From: an uncultured Chloroflexia bacterium
GTDB lineage: Bacteria > Chloroflexota > Chloroflexia > Chloroflexales > Herpetosiphonaceae
DNA length: 64,000 nt
NCBI GenBank assembly: GCA_963767035.1
Contig: CAVYBW010000001.1
Span: forward strand, 2,438,547 to 2,502,546
Reading direction: 5' to 3'
Below, one piece after another: positions 62,774 through 64,000 of this stretch. Every line of letters begins with the position of its first letter. Positions within the stretch are counted from its first letter, which is position 1. Below the pieces are notes generated by a model. It did no database searches. It was given only the letters and a program-made list of their open reading frames with translations, and was not told the DNA's origin. A program made the translations under genes and the position numbers.

Positions 62774-64000
62774 TTGATGTTTAAGCATCGTAAAATTCTA
62801 CTAATTGTGGCGTTGCTCACGCTGCTGACCGTGCCATGGTGGCAATCCAAAGCTGCGCAAGGCAATAATGTTAGTCCGTTATTGTTTCCATATAACCAAG
62901 CTTCTGGCATTAGCTACAATGTGACCGATCTCACGCAGGCTTGGAACGAGTGGAAAAGTAATCTTATCACTGCCAATAACGCTGGCGGCGGCAATCGCCT
63001 ACGCGTCCTTGGTGGGGTCGATAGCTCTTCAACTGTCTCCGAAGGCCAAGGTTATGGCATTCTGTTTGCCTCGATTTTCGATGACCAAACCACGCTTGAT
63101 GGTTTGTGGTTGTTCACTCGCGATCACCTCGACCCCAATGGCTTGATGCACTGGCACATTGGCAATCCCGGCCAATTGCGCGGTAGCTACGCCGCCACCG
63201 ATGGCGATGAAGATATTGCCTTAGGTCTGGTCAATGCTTGTGTTAAAAGTGCGCAAGGGCGTTTGGTCAGCCAGCAGCAATGGCCTCGATTATTGCAGCC
63301 TTGCCACCACCATGATCAACAATATTTACACCTATGAAGTTGATCATCCAGGTTCAAGCCCAATCGCTGGTTTGCCCAACAACCCCGGCAACGAATTATT
63401 GCCCGGCGATGGCTGGAATTTGACCCGCGATTATCCCGAAGGTATCGTCAATCTTTCCTATTTCTCACCTGGCTATTTCACCGTGTTTGGTAAATTCACT
63501 GGCAAATCAAGCGAATGGGAAGCAGTCAACACCCGCAATTATGAAATTACCAACCTCGCTCAATCGCGGGCTGGCAACTGCTCTAAGCTTGTGCCGAACT
63601 GGAACCAGTATGATGGCGATGCCCAGCTGGTTTCGTGGCAGCCCGAAGAATACGCCTGGTGGAGCTATGATGCCGCCCGCTTTGCATGGCGCGTCGCCGT
63701 CGATAAGGCTTGGTATAACACCGCTAGTTCACGCGAAACCATGAACGAAGTTGGTGGTTTTTTCAGCAGCGTCGGCATCGAAAATGTGCAGGCTCGCTAT
63801 CGCATGAACGGTACGTCAGTTGATAATTATCGCGGCGTGTTCTTCGTGGCCAATGCTGCTGCCGCAATTTGGGCCGCTCCCGCCGCTCAAGCAGTCAATT
63901 GTGGTGCTGCCACCGGCACGCTCAAAACCAGCCCACAACAAGCTTACAATCTGGTTTTGACCACCAAAGATGCGCCAAATTCATATTATGTCAATGCTTG
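62774..64000 (+). CDS. Secreted GH8 glycoside hydrolase (endoglucanase/chitosanase family), 3' partial, frameshift near 63265
   Basis: Signal peptide. '[13 protein letters not shown]' and '[15 protein letters not shown]' fit the GH8 PROSITE pattern. The frame-0 continuation '[26 protein letters not shown]...[12 protein letters not shown]' extends to the window end. Confidence 0.75.

Noticed and set aside
63487-63744. 85-aa ORF inside the GH8 region
   Set aside because: Frame-0 translation across this stretch gives a continuous GH8 sequence ([12 protein letters not shown]). The listed ORF is in a non-coding frame.

Overview
The window reads as chromosomal DNA from a roughly 50% GC, probably filamentous Chloroflexi-type bacterium (Herpetosiphon-like). 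It is rich in secreted glycoside hydrolases, and the organism call is inference only.

Gene content, 5' to 3':
- Two tandem paralogous secreted PPC/P-domain proteins.
- htrA, an LD-carboxypeptidase, and an OpuC-type glycine-betaine ABC operon.
- A YbiA/NADAR gene and a membrane-anchored clan GH-A hydrolase.
- A fadR-like regulator, an alkyl-DHAP-synthase (AGPS) homologue and glpD in one operon.
- A GT1 glycosyltransferase, a 7TM sensor kinase, a GH26-CBM2 mannanase and htpG.
- An MFS transporter, a tandem-repeat protein, an HD-GYP protein and a beta-class DNA methyltransferase.
- An MBL hydrolase, a secreted S1B protease and dnaK.
- A SAM-methyltransferase/fructosamine-kinase operon, pth and a YjbR gene.
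- A low-GC island carrying a Type II restriction-modification pair.
- An epimerase, GAF histidine kinase and cNMP-binding operon.
- A LacI/CebR-like sugar ABC plus GH116 locus.
- A GH9, CBM2-GH48 and GH8 cellulase cluster.

Main calls from the hunt:
1. A SelW/Rdx selenoprotein with an in-frame TGA (CxxU motif) that ORF finders truncate.
2. Thermobifida/Streptomyces-type CebR/CelR operator boxes (TGGGAGCGCTCCCA-like) in front of the cellobiose transporter operon and the GH9 cellulase.
3. An AT-rich, inverted-repeat-flanked Type II R-M cassette.
4. A fadR-agps-glpD module suggesting ether-lipid chemistry.
5. Two dispersed palindromic repeat families that fill most intergenic regions and generate spurious ORFs.
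6. At least nine frame disruptions in otherwise conserved genes, most at short homopolymers, pointing to uncorrected indel errors or pseudogenes. Each affected gene is annotated here as one merged model.
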